Part shown: piece by piece, positions 9,579 to 19,134 of the stretch
Layout of the letters: the number at the start of each line of letters is the position of its first letter
How positions within the stretch are numbered: position 1 is the first letter of the stretch
The notes under the pieces: generated by a model
Seen by the model: the letters and a program-made list of their open reading frames with translations, nothing else
What the model was told of the DNA's origin: nothing
Database searches by the model: none
Assembly: GCA_963773035.1 (NCBI GenBank)
Contig: CAVYZX010000012.1
Coordinates: forward strand, 90,013-154,012
Source: an uncultured Acidobacteriota bacterium
Lineage (GTDB): Bacteria; Acidobacteriota; Vicinamibacteria; Vicinamibacterales; CAVVIG01
Length of the DNA: 64,000 bases
Direction: 5' to 3'
Program-made: the position numbers and the translations under genes

Positions 9579-11885
9579 TCATGAGACGGCCCTGGTCGCG
9601 AGGGATAGTCGCTCGAGTGCCGCCCGCGCGACGGCGCGGATGCCGCGGGAGGGGGACGCGGCGGCCTTCCGCAAGGCCTCGATTGCCGCCGGCGTGCCTA
9701 TGCGTGCGAGTGCCGAGGCTGCCGCGGCACGCAGCTGCGCCGTCCTGCGCGGCGCCCACCACTCGCCTCGGTAGAGGGCTGCCGTGAGCGGCTCGACCGC
9801 TTCCGGATCGCGCAACGCTCCAAGGGATTCCATGGCACGCAGGTACACGGGACGCAGCGGTCCCGTGTGATCGACATGTCCCAGGATGTACACGAAGAGC
9901 GGCGTCGCCCGCTCGTCGCGAACGAGGCCGATGGCTTGCATGATCGCCTCTCTGGATTGCGGGGTGCCGTTGGCGAGCGCTTGTTGGAGCGCGCGGTAAG
10001 CCTCATCCGTCCCGATGTTGAGCATGGCCCGGATGGCTTCGCGTTGAACTTGCAGCTCCGAGTCGTCGAGCAGGAGGGTGAGCTCCGGCAGCGCCTCGCT
10101 GCCGCCGAACTCGCGCAACAGGTAAATCGCCGTCCGCCGGACCGCGGGATTCTGAGAGCTCTTCAGGCGCTCGACGGCTTTCCGTCCCGTCGCACCGAAT
10201 GCGATCAGCAGCGCTGCCAGGCGCTCTCGGGTGCGAACCCGTTCCTCCACGGAAAGCGCCTCGGCAAGTGAACGGATGATGACCTCGCCGATCGCCTGGC
10301 AGATCGATTTGATGCGCTCGAATGGCTCGTTATTGATCGTGGCGAGATGCGACACGATGTGTTGCATCATGACTCCGTCCGCGAGCTTCTGGATGGCCGA
10401 GCCGGCTGCGTCCCGGCGTGCGGGCGTCCCGTTCGGCCCTGCTTCCCGGGCGACAACCGAAACGAGTTGGTCGGCCGCATCGAAATCGCCCACCAGGAGC
10501 AGATCTTCGATTTGGGCGATGACCGGCCGCATCAGCTCGCTCCAACTGGCCGGGTCGTCTTCGATGCGCAGGAGATCCGTGAGCAGCAGCAGGTCGAGAG
10601 CCCGCAAGGCACTGGGCGACACAGTCTCGCGCCAGATCGCCATGCGCTCTGGAGGGTCGTCGTTGATGCGTTCGACCTCCATCGCCTGGATGCGGGCGCC
10701 GGACAGCTCACGTCCATAGGACCTGGACACATAGGAGGCGTCGGAGTACGACGTCAACAGTTCCTTGACCGTTCCCCAAGTCGATTCGAAATCGCCTGTC
10801 TGGCCGAGCGGCGTCGTTGCCGCCTCGTCGTGCGCCAACCCGAGAAGGTGATTGCGCCGCTCGGGGTTGGGCACTAATGTCTGGAAGGCCTGGGCGAGCC
10901 GTTCGGTGGCAGTGCCGTCCTTGACGACGTTGTTCGCGACAAAGCTTGCGATGTTTTCGTCCGGCATCCGCTCGACGATCTGTCCAACGACGAGTGATTC
11001 ACCGGCGTCGTTCCCAGGGCTCCCAGCGGCACCAGGCTCAGTCCTGTGAGCGAGCAAGTCCAACATCAACTCGGGTGAGATCTGGCTGACTGCTGCCGCC
11101 ATGCTGCGAAGGACCAGCTCCAGCTTATCTGGGCTGGTTTTTGCCATCAGGTCGGCGAGTCCCCGGAGCAGGCGAAGCAGCGAAGCGGTACGGGTTGGTA
11201 CGCTACCGCTCGCGGCTGCCCGCTCGTCGAGAGCCGCGACCAACTGTGCGAATTGTTGCGGGTCTTCTGCGATTTCGGCGAGTGTGGCGGCAGCCTCCTG
11301 GCTGAGGTCGAAGGCCTGCCCTTGCAGGCAGCTGACGATGACGCGCTCCCAGACCGCCTCACGCCCTTCGCGGCGCTCCCGCAAGACCTCGGCGTAGTCG
11401 ATTTCCCGAAGTTCCACGTGCTGTGCGCCGGTCGTCATCCACAGGCGCGCGATGCCGCCGTCGGCGCGAACCGAGTCTGGTGTGCGGGCCAGGAGCAGCA
11501 GGAAACTGCGCCAGGCCTCGATATCGCCACCGGGGTGAATCGTCAGTTCCCCGACCAGGTGCTCGTGCAGGAGGGCCGCCAGTTCGCCCACGGCCGCGTC
11601 TACGCGGACGGGTGAGCGGCCCTCGAGCAGCAAGGAGGTCGGGAGCACGGTGATTTTGAGAGCCGATGAACCGTTGGCGGCCGCCGTTAAGTCCACGAGA
11701 CGCGCCAGCGTCGTTGCGATGGCTGGGTGCGCGGCCGGGTAGAGCGCCACAGCGCGCGCGGCGGCCTTGCACGCGCGAGCGAACTCGCCGAGCTTGGCAC
11801 TCTCTTCGGCCGTGAGCGGAAGAAGGCCATCGGGGGGAATGCTCGTTGGGGAAACGGCTGCTTGAAGGTTCGTGCGTTCGCTCAT
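9579..11885 (-). CDS. HEAT-repeat protein with an uncharacterised N-terminal region
   Basis: C-terminal HEAT/PBS-like repeats (VRRTAIYLLREFGG, VQREAIRAMLNIG, AASALARIGTPAAIEAL); 15 bp from the HD-GYP gene. Confidence 0.85.
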   Translation of the reverse strand: MSERTNLQAAVSPTSIPPDGLLPLTAEESAKLGEFARACKAAARAVALYPAAHPAIATTLARLVDLTAAANGSSALKITVLPTSLLLEGRSPVRVDAAVGELAALLHEHLVGELTIHPGGDIEAWRSFLLLLARTPDSVRADGGIARLWMTTGAQHVELREIDYAEVLRERREGREAVWERVIVSCLQGQAFDLSQEAAATLAEIAEDPQQFAQLVAALDERAAASGSVPTRTASLLRLLRGLADLMAKTSPDKLELVLRSMAAAVSQISPELMLDLLAHRTEPGAAGSPGNDAGESLVVGQIVERMPDENIASFVANNVVKDGTATERLAQAFQTLVPNPERRNHLLGLAHDEAATTPLGQTGDFESTWGTVKELLTSYSDASYVSRSYGRELSGARIQAMEVERINDDPPERMAIWRETVSPSALRALDLLLLTDLLRIEDDPASWSELMRPVIAQIEDLLLVGDFDAADQLVSVVAREAGPNGTPARRDAAGSAIQKLADGVMMQHIVSHLATINNEPFERIKSICQAIGEVIIRSLAEALSVEERVRTRERLAALLIAFGATGRKAVERLKSSQNPAVRRTAIYLLREFGGSEALPELTLLLDDSELQVQREAIRAMLNIGTDEAYRALQQALANGTPQSREAIMQAIGLVRDERATPLFVYILGHVDHTGPLRPVYLRAMESLGALRDPEAVEPLTAALYRGEWWAPRRTAQLRAAAASALARIGTPAAIEALRKAAASPSRGIRAVARAALERLSLATRAVS

Positions 11886-12106
11886 GGCCGCCGATCGAGT
11901 GACCCAATCATCAGATTACCCAACTCGCGTCGATCCTCCGTTCACAGTCGCGCCTGAACGGCGCGGTGCCGCTGCCGATGTGCGCAAGCCTGTGAAACGT
12001 GGGCTTGTGGGCTCATCCCTCTATCGTCTTTTCGGCTGAAGAGGCTTCGTCGATTGAGGGTCGCGCCACGAAGGTCTCTGTCCCGATCCGCTATACTGCC
12101 GGCCGC

Positions 12107-13411
12107 ATGCGGGCGGTCGACATCATCCTCAAGAAGCGCGATGGAGGCACGCTCAGCCGCGACGAAATCCGCTTCTTCGTGTCGGGCGTCACGACTGGCG
12201 AACTTCCCGACTATCAGGCGTCGGCCCTCCTGATGGCCGTCCTGCTGCGCGGCATGAGTGCCGACGAGACCGCGTGGCTGACGGACGCGATGGTCCATTC
12301 AGGCCTGCGCCTGGACCTGTCGGACATCCCTGGCGTCAAGGTCGACAAGCACAGTACGGGTGGAGTCGGCGACAAGACTTCTCTGGTGCTGGCTCCGTTG
12401 GCGGCCGCCTGTGGAGTGCCGGTCCCGATGATGTCGGGCCGTGGGCTCGGCCATACCGGCGGTACGCTCGACAAGCTCGAGTCGATTCCGGGTTTCCGAG
12501 TCAATCTGTCGCTCGATGAGATGCGAGTTGCGCTGCTTCGCGCCGGCTGCGTCATGATCGGCCAGACCGCACAGATTGCTCCGGCCGACCGGAGGCTTTA
12601 CGCCTTGAGAGACGTCACCGGAACAGTCGAGAGTATTCCTCTAATCAGCGCCTCGATCATGAGCAAGAAAATCGCGGAAGGCATCGACGCTCTGGTTCTC
12701 GATGTCAAGACTGGGAGCGGCGCCTTCATGAAGACCGAGTCCGACTCTCGCCGCCTGGCCGAATCGCTCGTCGCCATCGGCAACGCGTCGGGCGTCAAGA
12801 GCGAGGCCATCATCACGCGGATGGACTCCCCGCTGGGTTGCGCAGTTGGCAACGGGCTCGAGGTGGTCGAGTGCCTCGAAGTGCTCAAGGGCCGTGGACC
12901 GACCGATCTGGTTGATCTGTCGGTGGAGCTTGCCGCTCGTATGCTGGTCCTTGGCGGCGTCGCAGGGAACCGCTCGGAGGCGCAGCAAAAGGTTCGCGGC
13001 GCCATTGCCTCAGGTGCCGGGCTGGAACGATTTCGGCGGATCATCGAACAGCAGGGCGGCGACCCTCACGTCGTCGACGACTATGGTCGTATTGCCGCCG
13101 CGCCCGAACGCGACGTGGTGAGAGCGCCACGACAGGGTTTTCTCGCCGGGTTGGATGCCGCATTGGTCGGCCGTGCGTCTGTTGCACTCGGGGCCGGAAG
13201 GGATCGCGTCGAAGACTCCATCGATCACGCGGCCGGAATCACGGTCGTGGTGAAGCCTGGCGTCGAACTCCGCGCCGGCGATCCGGTGCTCGAGCTGCAT
13301 TACCGAGATCGTGCGCGCCTGGGAGCGGCCGCGGATCTGGCGTCGCGGGCGATCAAGATCGAAGACAATCAACCGATCGTTGAGCCCCTCGTTGTGGGCG
13401 AGGTCCGCTGA
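12107..13411 (+). CDS. pdp: Pyrimidine-nucleoside/thymidine phosphorylase
   Basis: MRAVDIILKKRDG start; VDKHSTGGVGDK, SGRGLGHTGGTLDKLESIPG, SIMSKK. Confidence 0.93.
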   Translation: MRAVDIILKKRDGGTLSRDEIRFFVSGVTTGELPDYQASALLMAVLLRGMSADETAWLTDAMVHSGLRLDLSDIPGVKVDKHSTGGVGDKTSLVLAPLAAACGVPVPMMSGRGLGHTGGTLDKLESIPGFRVNLSLDEMRVALLRAGCVMIGQTAQIAPADRRLYALRDVTGTVESIPLISASIMSKKIAEGIDALVLDVKTGSGAFMKTESDSRRLAESLVAIGNASGVKSEAIITRMDSPLGCAVGNGLEVVECLEVLKGRGPTDLVDLSVELAARMLVLGGVAGNRSEAQQKVRGAIASGAGLERFRRIIEQQGGDPHVVDDYGRIAAAPERDVVRAPRQGFLAGLDAALVGRASVALGAGRDRVEDSIDHAAGITVVVKPGVELRAGDPVLELHYRDRARLGAAADLASRAIKIEDNQPIVEPLVVGEVR

Positions 13412-14760
13412 TGAGTGTTGGCGTCGGAGTTCCTGAGGCCGCCGGGCAGCGATCGAACTCCATGGATGTGACGATCGTTGCTGGCGCGATTGCTCTCGCT
13501 CTCGTCGCCGCGCTGGCCGCCCAGATGGGACTGAACAGGGCACAGCCCATCGTGGGCGGCGTCGTCATTCTGGGGTTGGCTTACGTGTTTTCCACGAATC
13601 GTCGAGCGATTCACCTGCCGACAGTCGCGTGGGGTCTCGCGCTCCAGATCCTATTTGCCTTAATCGTGTTGAAGACAGGCTTCGGGCAGCGCCTGTTCTC
13701 GACCCTTGGAGATTGGATTACCAAGCTCCTGAGCTTTGCGTTCGTCGGCGCCGAGTTCGTGTTTGGCCCGCTTGGCAACAGCGCCCAGTGGCGCCAAATC
13801 ACGCAGGCGCTCGGTCCCGCCGCGGCGGGCCTGCCGGTTGCATTCCAAGTGGCGCCGACCATTATTTTTGTCGCAGCGCTGTTTGCCATTCTCTACTACT
13901 TCGGCATCATGCAGATCGTCGTCCGGGTCTTCGCGTTGCTGATGCACCGCGCCATGCGCGCGAGCGGCGCGGAATCGCTCAACGTGGCCGCCAGCATTTT
14001 CATGGGCCAGACCGAGGCCCCGTTGACCATTCGCCCTTACCTTCCCGAGATGACCCAATCGGAGTTGATGACCGTGATGACGTCGGGGATGGCACATATC
14101 TCCGGCGGCATCATGGCTGCGTATATCCTCTTCGGCGTCGAGGCGAAGCATCTCTTGACGGCCGTCATCATGACCGCGCCAGGAACGATCATGATGGCGA
14201 AGATGTTCGTGCCGGAGACCGAAATCCCGAAGACGATGGGCACGGTACGGCTGGAGGTTCCGAAGACTGATGTCAACGTCATCGACGCGGCCGCACGCGG
14301 AACGAGCGAGGGACTGCATCTTGCCTTGAATGTGCTGGCTATGCTCATCTCGTTCATCGCGCTGGTTGCGCTCGTCAACGCATTACTCGGCTTCGCCCAC
14401 TTGAGCCTTCAGCAAATCTTCGGATGGGCGTTCGCTCCGGTAGCCTGGAGTATGGGCGTGCCCTGGCGCGACGCGCCAGCGATTGGCAATCTCCTTGGCA
14501 CGCGTATGGTCCTCAACGAGTTCATCGCCTACTCGCAACTCGGGCCGATGAAGGAGATGCTCGATCCGAAGTCCTTCATCATCGCCACGTTCGCGCTTTG
14601 CGGATTCGCCAACGTCGGATCGATCGGCATCCAAATCGGCGGTATCGGGGCGCTGGCGCCCAACCGTCGTCACGACCTGGCCCGTCTCGGTTTGCGGGCG
14701 ATGTTTGCTGGCACGTTGGCGAATTTCATGACGGCGACGATCGCGGGGTTCCTGCTCTAG
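13411..14760 (+). CDS. nupC: NupC/CNT family nucleoside transporter
   Basis: FMGQTEAPLTIRPYL, NEFIAY, FALCGFANVGSIGIQIGG; many TM helices. Confidence 0.9.
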   Translation: MSVGVGVPEAAGQRSNSMDVTIVAGAIALALVAALAAQMGLNRAQPIVGGVVILGLAYVFSTNRRAIHLPTVAWGLALQILFALIVLKTGFGQRLFSTLGDWITKLLSFAFVGAEFVFGPLGNSAQWRQITQALGPAAAGLPVAFQVAPTIIFVAALFAILYYFGIMQIVVRVFALLMHRAMRASGAESLNVAASIFMGQTEAPLTIRPYLPEMTQSELMTVMTSGMAHISGGIMAAYILFGVEAKHLLTAVIMTAPGTIMMAKMFVPETEIPKTMGTVRLEVPKTDVNVIDAAARGTSEGLHLALNVLAMLISFIALVALVNALLGFAHLSLQQIFGWAFAPVAWSMGVPWRDAPAIGNLLGTRMVLNEFIAYSQLGPMKEMLDPKSFIIATFALCGFANVGSIGIQIGGIGALAPNRRHDLARLGLRAMFAGTLANFMTATIAGFLL

Positions 14761-14797
14761 TCCGCATCCTCTGTGTCCTCGCCGTCGGATTTCTTTA

Positions 14798-15616
14798 ATG
14801 GAGTACTACGACACAGTAAAACGAGCCGCAGACGCCATTCGTGTGCGTCTCGCCGAGGTACCTCGCGTGGCGATCGTACTGGGCTCGGGCCTGGGAGAGT
14901 TTACCAATCAGCTTCAGGACGGCATCACCCTGCCGTACGGTGACCTGCCGGATTGGCCCGCATCTCGAGTAGTTGGACACGAAGGCCGGTTGGTCGTTGG
15001 TGGAGTAGAAGGGCGACTCATCGCGGCGCTATCGGGCCGATGTCATGCTTATGAAGGATACGATCTGAGAACCGTTGCGTTTGCCGTTCGAGCGATGGGC
15101 TTGCTTGGCGTCAAGACCCTCATTCTGACCAACGCTGCCGGTGGGGTGAACACCGGGTTTTCTCGAGGGACTCTGATGGTGATTGACGACCATATCAATC
15201 TCATCGGCGGAAACCCCCTGGTCGGCGCAAATGACGAACGGTTCGGTCCCCGGTTTCCCGACATGACAGATGTTTATTCGACACGCCTCCGCACGATTGC
15301 AGACGAGGCTGGCCGGGCGTGCGCAGTGACCCTTTCACACGGCGTTTATGCCGGTCTCCTCGGACCCAGCTACGAAACACCGGCCGAGATTCGCTACCTT
15401 CGTGCGATCGGTGCCGATGCCGTCGGGATGTCGACGGTCCCAGAAGCAATTGCCGCGCGACACATGGGTATCGAGGTTCTCGGGATCTCGTGCATCACCA
15501 ACATGGCCGCTGGGGTATTGCCGCAGCCACTCGACCATGCCGAAGTTCTTGAGACAGCACGCCGTGTCCGTGGTCAGTTCATCATGCTACTGGAGGGTAT
15601 CGTTGAGCGTCTCTGA
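14798..15616 (+). CDS. punA: Purine nucleoside phosphorylase, trimeric (PunA/XapA) type
   Basis: VLGSGLG, GRCHAYEG, TNAAGG, GPSYETPAE, VGMSTVPE, ITNMAAG. Confidence 0.92.
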   Translation: MEYYDTVKRAADAIRVRLAEVPRVAIVLGSGLGEFTNQLQDGITLPYGDLPDWPASRVVGHEGRLVVGGVEGRLIAALSGRCHAYEGYDLRTVAFAVRAMGLLGVKTLILTNAAGGVNTGFSRGTLMVIDDHINLIGGNPLVGANDERFGPRFPDMTDVYSTRLRTIADEAGRACAVTLSHGVYAGLLGPSYETPAEIRYLRAIGADAVGMSTVPEAIAARHMGIEVLGISCITNMAAGVLPQPLDHAEVLETARRVRGQFIMLLEGIVERL

Positions 15617-16001
15617 ACCAGCTTCTCTCATTGACGCGGCGAGGCGAGCGCGCGAGAAGGCTCATGCCGCATTCTCGGGATTCAAGGTCGGCGCCGCCCT
15701 CGAAACAGCCGACGGAGCAATCATTACCGGCTCTAACGTCGAGAATGCGAGCTATGGTTTGACGATGTGCGCCGAACGGGTGGCCATGTTCAAAGCATTG
15801 TCGGACGGCCATCGAGGTTTTGTTCGCATCGCCATCGTTGCCAACACCGAGTCTCCAACGCCGCCGTGCGGCGCCTGCCGGCAGATTCTCTGGGAGTTCG
15901 GCGGCGACCTCGAGATCGTCCTGGCGAATCTCTCCGAACAGAAAGGGACCTATCGCCTCAAGGACCTGTTGCCGCTGCCTTTCGACGCCAGACTCCTCTG
16001 A
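15603..16001 (+). CDS. cdd: Cytidine deaminase, homotetrameric type
   Basis: TTG start after GGAGG; NVENASYGLTMCAERVA and PCGACRQ zinc motifs. Confidence 0.92.
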   Translation: MSVSEPASLIDAARRAREKAHAAFSGFKVGAALETADGAIITGSNVENASYGLTMCAERVAMFKALSDGHRGFVRIAIVANTESPTPPCGACRQILWEFGGDLEIVLANLSEQKGTYRLKDLLPLPFDARLL

Positions 16002-16064
16002 GATCACGAAATTTGGCAATTCACAATCTACAATTGACAAAGACAAAAGGTTGATTCGTCTCAC

Positions 16065-17126
16065 ATGCTTCCGACCATTGCCCGCGAAAACGATACGGTC
16101 GTAATGATCGACCAGCGCAAGCTGCCGTCTCAGGAGGTGTACGTCAGGTGCAAGACCCCCGCAGAAGTGGCACGCGCCATCAAGACGATGGTGATTCGCG
16201 GTGCGCCCGCGATCGGCGTGGCAGCCGCAATGGGCGTGGCGATCGGGGTGCGTCGAAGCCAATCGACGGGTACGCAGAAGCTTGCCGCTGAGTTCTACAA
16301 GACTTGCGAGCTTCTCGCAGCGACTCGGCCGACGGCTGTCAATCTATTCTGGGCGATAGAACGGATGAAGCGTTCTTTTGCCGCCGCTGTCGCCGCCGGC
16401 GAATCGGTGGATCAGATCAAGGATCGCCTCGACCGCGAGGCGCAGGCGATTCACGACGAGGATGTCGCAAGCTGCAGGGCAATAGGTGCCTACGGCGCAG
16501 AAGTCGTGCCGGCCGAGGCAACTATTCTCACGCACTGTAACGCTGGTGCACTGGCTACGGCCGGCTATGGCACCGCATTGGGCGTCATACGAGGCGCAGT
16601 GGAGCGAGGAAAGCGAGTGGCCGTTCTGGCCGACGAGACTCGTCCATTCTTGCAAGGCGCACGATTGACCGCCTGGGAGCTCGTGCGCGACGGCATTCCC
16701 ACGACTGTGATCACCGACAATATGGCGGGTGCCATCATGCGCACCGGACACATCGATCTGGTCGTGGTCGGAGCCGATCGGATTGCGGCGAATGGTGACA
16801 CGGCCAACAAGATTGGCACCTACAGCGTCGCCGTGCTTGCAAAGGAGCATGACATCCCCTTTTACGTCGCCGCGCCACTGTCGACGATCGACCTGAACAC
16901 GCCCGATGGTACAAGCATCCCAATCGAGGAACGGAATTCTCGGGAGGTGACTCACTTGGGCGGCAGCCAGCTCACACCGGTCGGGGCTCTCATCCGGAAC
17001 CCTGCCTTCGACGTCACGCCGTGCAAACTGATAACGGGCATCATTACCGAACGCGGCATCTTCCGCGCGCCTTACACCGAGTCATTGAAGCGCGCGTTCG
17101 AATCCGAGGCGGCGGTGGGTTCGTAA
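16065..17126 (+). CDS. mtnA: S-methyl-5-thioribose-1-phosphate isomerase family (eIF2B-like)
   Basis: [63 protein letters not shown]. Confidence 0.9.
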   Translation: MLPTIARENDTVVMIDQRKLPSQEVYVRCKTPAEVARAIKTMVIRGAPAIGVAAAMGVAIGVRRSQSTGTQKLAAEFYKTCELLAATRPTAVNLFWAIERMKRSFAAAVAAGESVDQIKDRLDREAQAIHDEDVASCRAIGAYGAEVVPAEATILTHCNAGALATAGYGTALGVIRGAVERGKRVAVLADETRPFLQGARLTAWELVRDGIPTTVITDNMAGAIMRTGHIDLVVVGADRIAANGDTANKIGTYSVAVLAKEHDIPFYVAAPLSTIDLNTPDGTSIPIEERNSREVTHLGGSQLTPVGALIRNPAFDVTPCKLITGIITERGIFRAPYTESLKRAFESEAAVGS

Positions 17127-17158
17127 CCGGCCTGTTCCTCACTTGTCGGGACCCACGC

Positions 17159-18208
17159 ATGCGCATCCTCGGAATTGAAACATCCTGCGACGAGACCTCG
17201 GCGGCCATAGTCGAAGAGACCGAGGACCCTGCGCGTCCGTGGGCCATCCGCGCGAACGTCATCGCTTCACAGGTGCCGATCCATCGCGAGTGGGGCGGCG
17301 TGGTTCCCGAACTCGCCTCACGTCAGCACATCCGGGACATCTGTGGCGTCGTCGAACGCGCCCTAGCCGAGGCAGAGACGACATGGAGCGGTTTGGGCGC
17401 CGTTGCCGTCACTCAAGGCCCAGGCCTCGTGGGATCGCTCCTCGTCGGCGTGGCGTTCGCCAAGGCGGCGGCCGCGGCCGCCCGGCTGCCGCTGGTTGCC
17501 GTGCACCACTTGGCCGGCCACATCGAGTCGCTGGTCCTGGAGAACGGCGAGCTCCCTCTTCCGGCCGTCATCCTCGTCGTATCGGGCGGCCACACCAGCT
17601 TGTACCTCGTCGAGAAGCCGGGCCAATATCAGTTGCTCGGCCGGACACGCGACGATGCAGCAGGAGAGGCGTACGACAAGGTCGCGAAGCTGCTCAATCT
17701 GGGCTATCCGGGCGGACCCGTCATCGACCGGCTTGCCCGCCATGGCAACGACCGGGCTGTCCGTCTGCCGACGATGCGGCTCACCCACGTCGATCGGAAC
17801 GCGCCGCACTTGAAAGGCGACCTGGACTTCAGCTTCAGCGGTCTCAAGACAGCCGTCTTACGCCATGTGCGCCAGGGCCGGGAAGAGATGATCGAGGAGC
17901 AGGAGATTGCCGACCTGTGCGCGAGTTTTCAACGTGTCGTCGTTACGACTTTGGTTGAGCGCACGTTCGACGCCGCCCGGCGCTGGCAGGCCAGGAGCAT
18001 CGGTATTGCCGGTGGAGTCTCGGCGAACAGTCGATTGCGAGCGGATTTCAAGTCGTACGGCGACAAGCGGGAGATGCCCACGTTCGTCCCAAGTTTGTCG
18101 CTATCCACGGACAATGCGGCGATGATCGCGGCGGCAGGCCTTCGAAAACTGTGCAGCGGCGCGACTGCTCCGCTCGATCTCAATGCTGACGCATCCTTGC
18201 CACTGTGA
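17159..18208 (+). CDS. tsaD: tRNA N6-adenosine threonylcarbamoyltransferase
   Basis: MRILGIETSCDET, GGVVPELASRQH, HHLAGH, DDAAGEAYDKVA, FSFSGLKT, TDNAAMIA. Confidence 0.95.
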   Translation: MRILGIETSCDETSAAIVEETEDPARPWAIRANVIASQVPIHREWGGVVPELASRQHIRDICGVVERALAEAETTWSGLGAVAVTQGPGLVGSLLVGVAFAKAAAAAARLPLVAVHHLAGHIESLVLENGELPLPAVILVVSGGHTSLYLVEKPGQYQLLGRTRDDAAGEAYDKVAKLLNLGYPGGPVIDRLARHGNDRAVRLPTMRLTHVDRNAPHLKGDLDFSFSGLKTAVLRHVRQGREEMIEEQEIADLCASFQRVVVTTLVERTFDAARRWQARSIGIAGGVSANSRLRADFKSYGDKREMPTFVPSLSLSTDNAAMIAAAGLRKLCSGATAPLDLNADASLPL

Positions 18209-18211
18209 ATC

Positions 18212-18625
18212 ATGCAGGTTTATACCGACTACCTCTGGTTCAACACGAAGAAGCGACAGGAATTCATTCGAATCACGGATGAAGTCATTGGAATCGTTCG
18301 TAAGAGCGGCGTCAAGGAAGGCACCGTACTCGTGTCTGCGATGCATATCACCGCGAGCGTGTACGTCAACGATTGGGAGGACGGCCTCATTCAAGACTTC
18401 CAGACCTGGCTCGAACAGCTCGCGCCGACAGGGCAGGACTACCATCACCATCAGACGGGGGAAGACAACGCCGACGCGCATCTGAAGCGCACGCTGATGG
18501 GACATCAGGTCGTGCTGCCGATCACCGATGGCAAGTTGGATCTCGGTCCCTGGGAGCAGGTCTTCTACGGAGAATTCGACGGCCAGCGAAAGAAGCGGGT
18601 GATTGTCAAGGTCATGGGAATCTGA
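18212..18625 (+). CDS. yjbQ: YjbQ/UPF0047 family protein
   Basis: [30 protein letters not shown]. Confidence 0.9.
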   Translation: MQVYTDYLWFNTKKRQEFIRITDEVIGIVRKSGVKEGTVLVSAMHITASVYVNDWEDGLIQDFQTWLEQLAPTGQDYHHHQTGEDNADAHLKRTLMGHQVVLPITDGKLDLGPWEQVFYGEFDGQRKKRVIVKVMGI

Positions 18626-18673
18626 GGATCTGGGAATCTGAGGATCTGAGAATTTGAGGATTTGAGGATTTGA
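18618..18673 (+). repeat. Seven tandem 8-bp units, consensus GRATYTGR
   Basis: GAATCTGA GGATCTGG GAATCTGA GGATCTGA GAATTTGA GGATTTGA GGATTTGA. Confidence 0.85.
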
Positions 18674-19134
18674 GACGCTTTCCAAGCGAACCGATCGTCG
18701 GCGTTGGAGCCGTGGTGCTCGATCGCGAAGGTCACGTTCTTCTGGCCAAACGCGCACACGAACCATTGAAAGGCGAGTGGAGCCTGCCCGGTGGTGCCGT
18801 GGAGCTCGGGGAAACGTTGGAGGCCGCGGTCGCCCGGGAATTGCTTGAAGAGACCGGACTGACCGTCGAGGTCGGGCCGGTAGTCGAAGTGCTGGATCGA
18901 ATCGAGCACTCGGCGGACGGCCGTGTCGCCTATCACTTCGTCATCATCGACTATCTCTGCTACGCGAACGAGCGTTCGATTGTCTGCGGATCTGATGCAG
19001 ATGATGCCAAGTGGGTGCAGATCGACGAACTGCCCGCATACCATTTGACCGAGAAGGCCACGGCCGTCATCAAGAAAGCTTTCAGTCTTTCGGCTTCCAG
19101 AGGAAGTACACCGGAACCCCGACCAGCACGATGA
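18670..19134 (+). CDS. Nudix hydrolase (MutT/ADP-ribose pyrophosphatase-like)
   Basis: Nudix box GGAVELGETLEAAVARELLEETGL. Confidence 0.9.
   Translation: MRRFPSEPIVGVGAVVLDREGHVLLAKRAHEPLKGEWSLPGGAVELGETLEAAVARELLEETGLTVEVGPVVEVLDRIEHSADGRVAYHFVIIDYLCYANERSIVCGSDADDAKWVQIDELPAYHLTEKATAVIKKAFSLSASRGSTPEPRPAR

Noticed and set aside
18618..18673. CRISPR-like array
   Set aside because: Contiguous 8-bp units with no spacers and no cas genes
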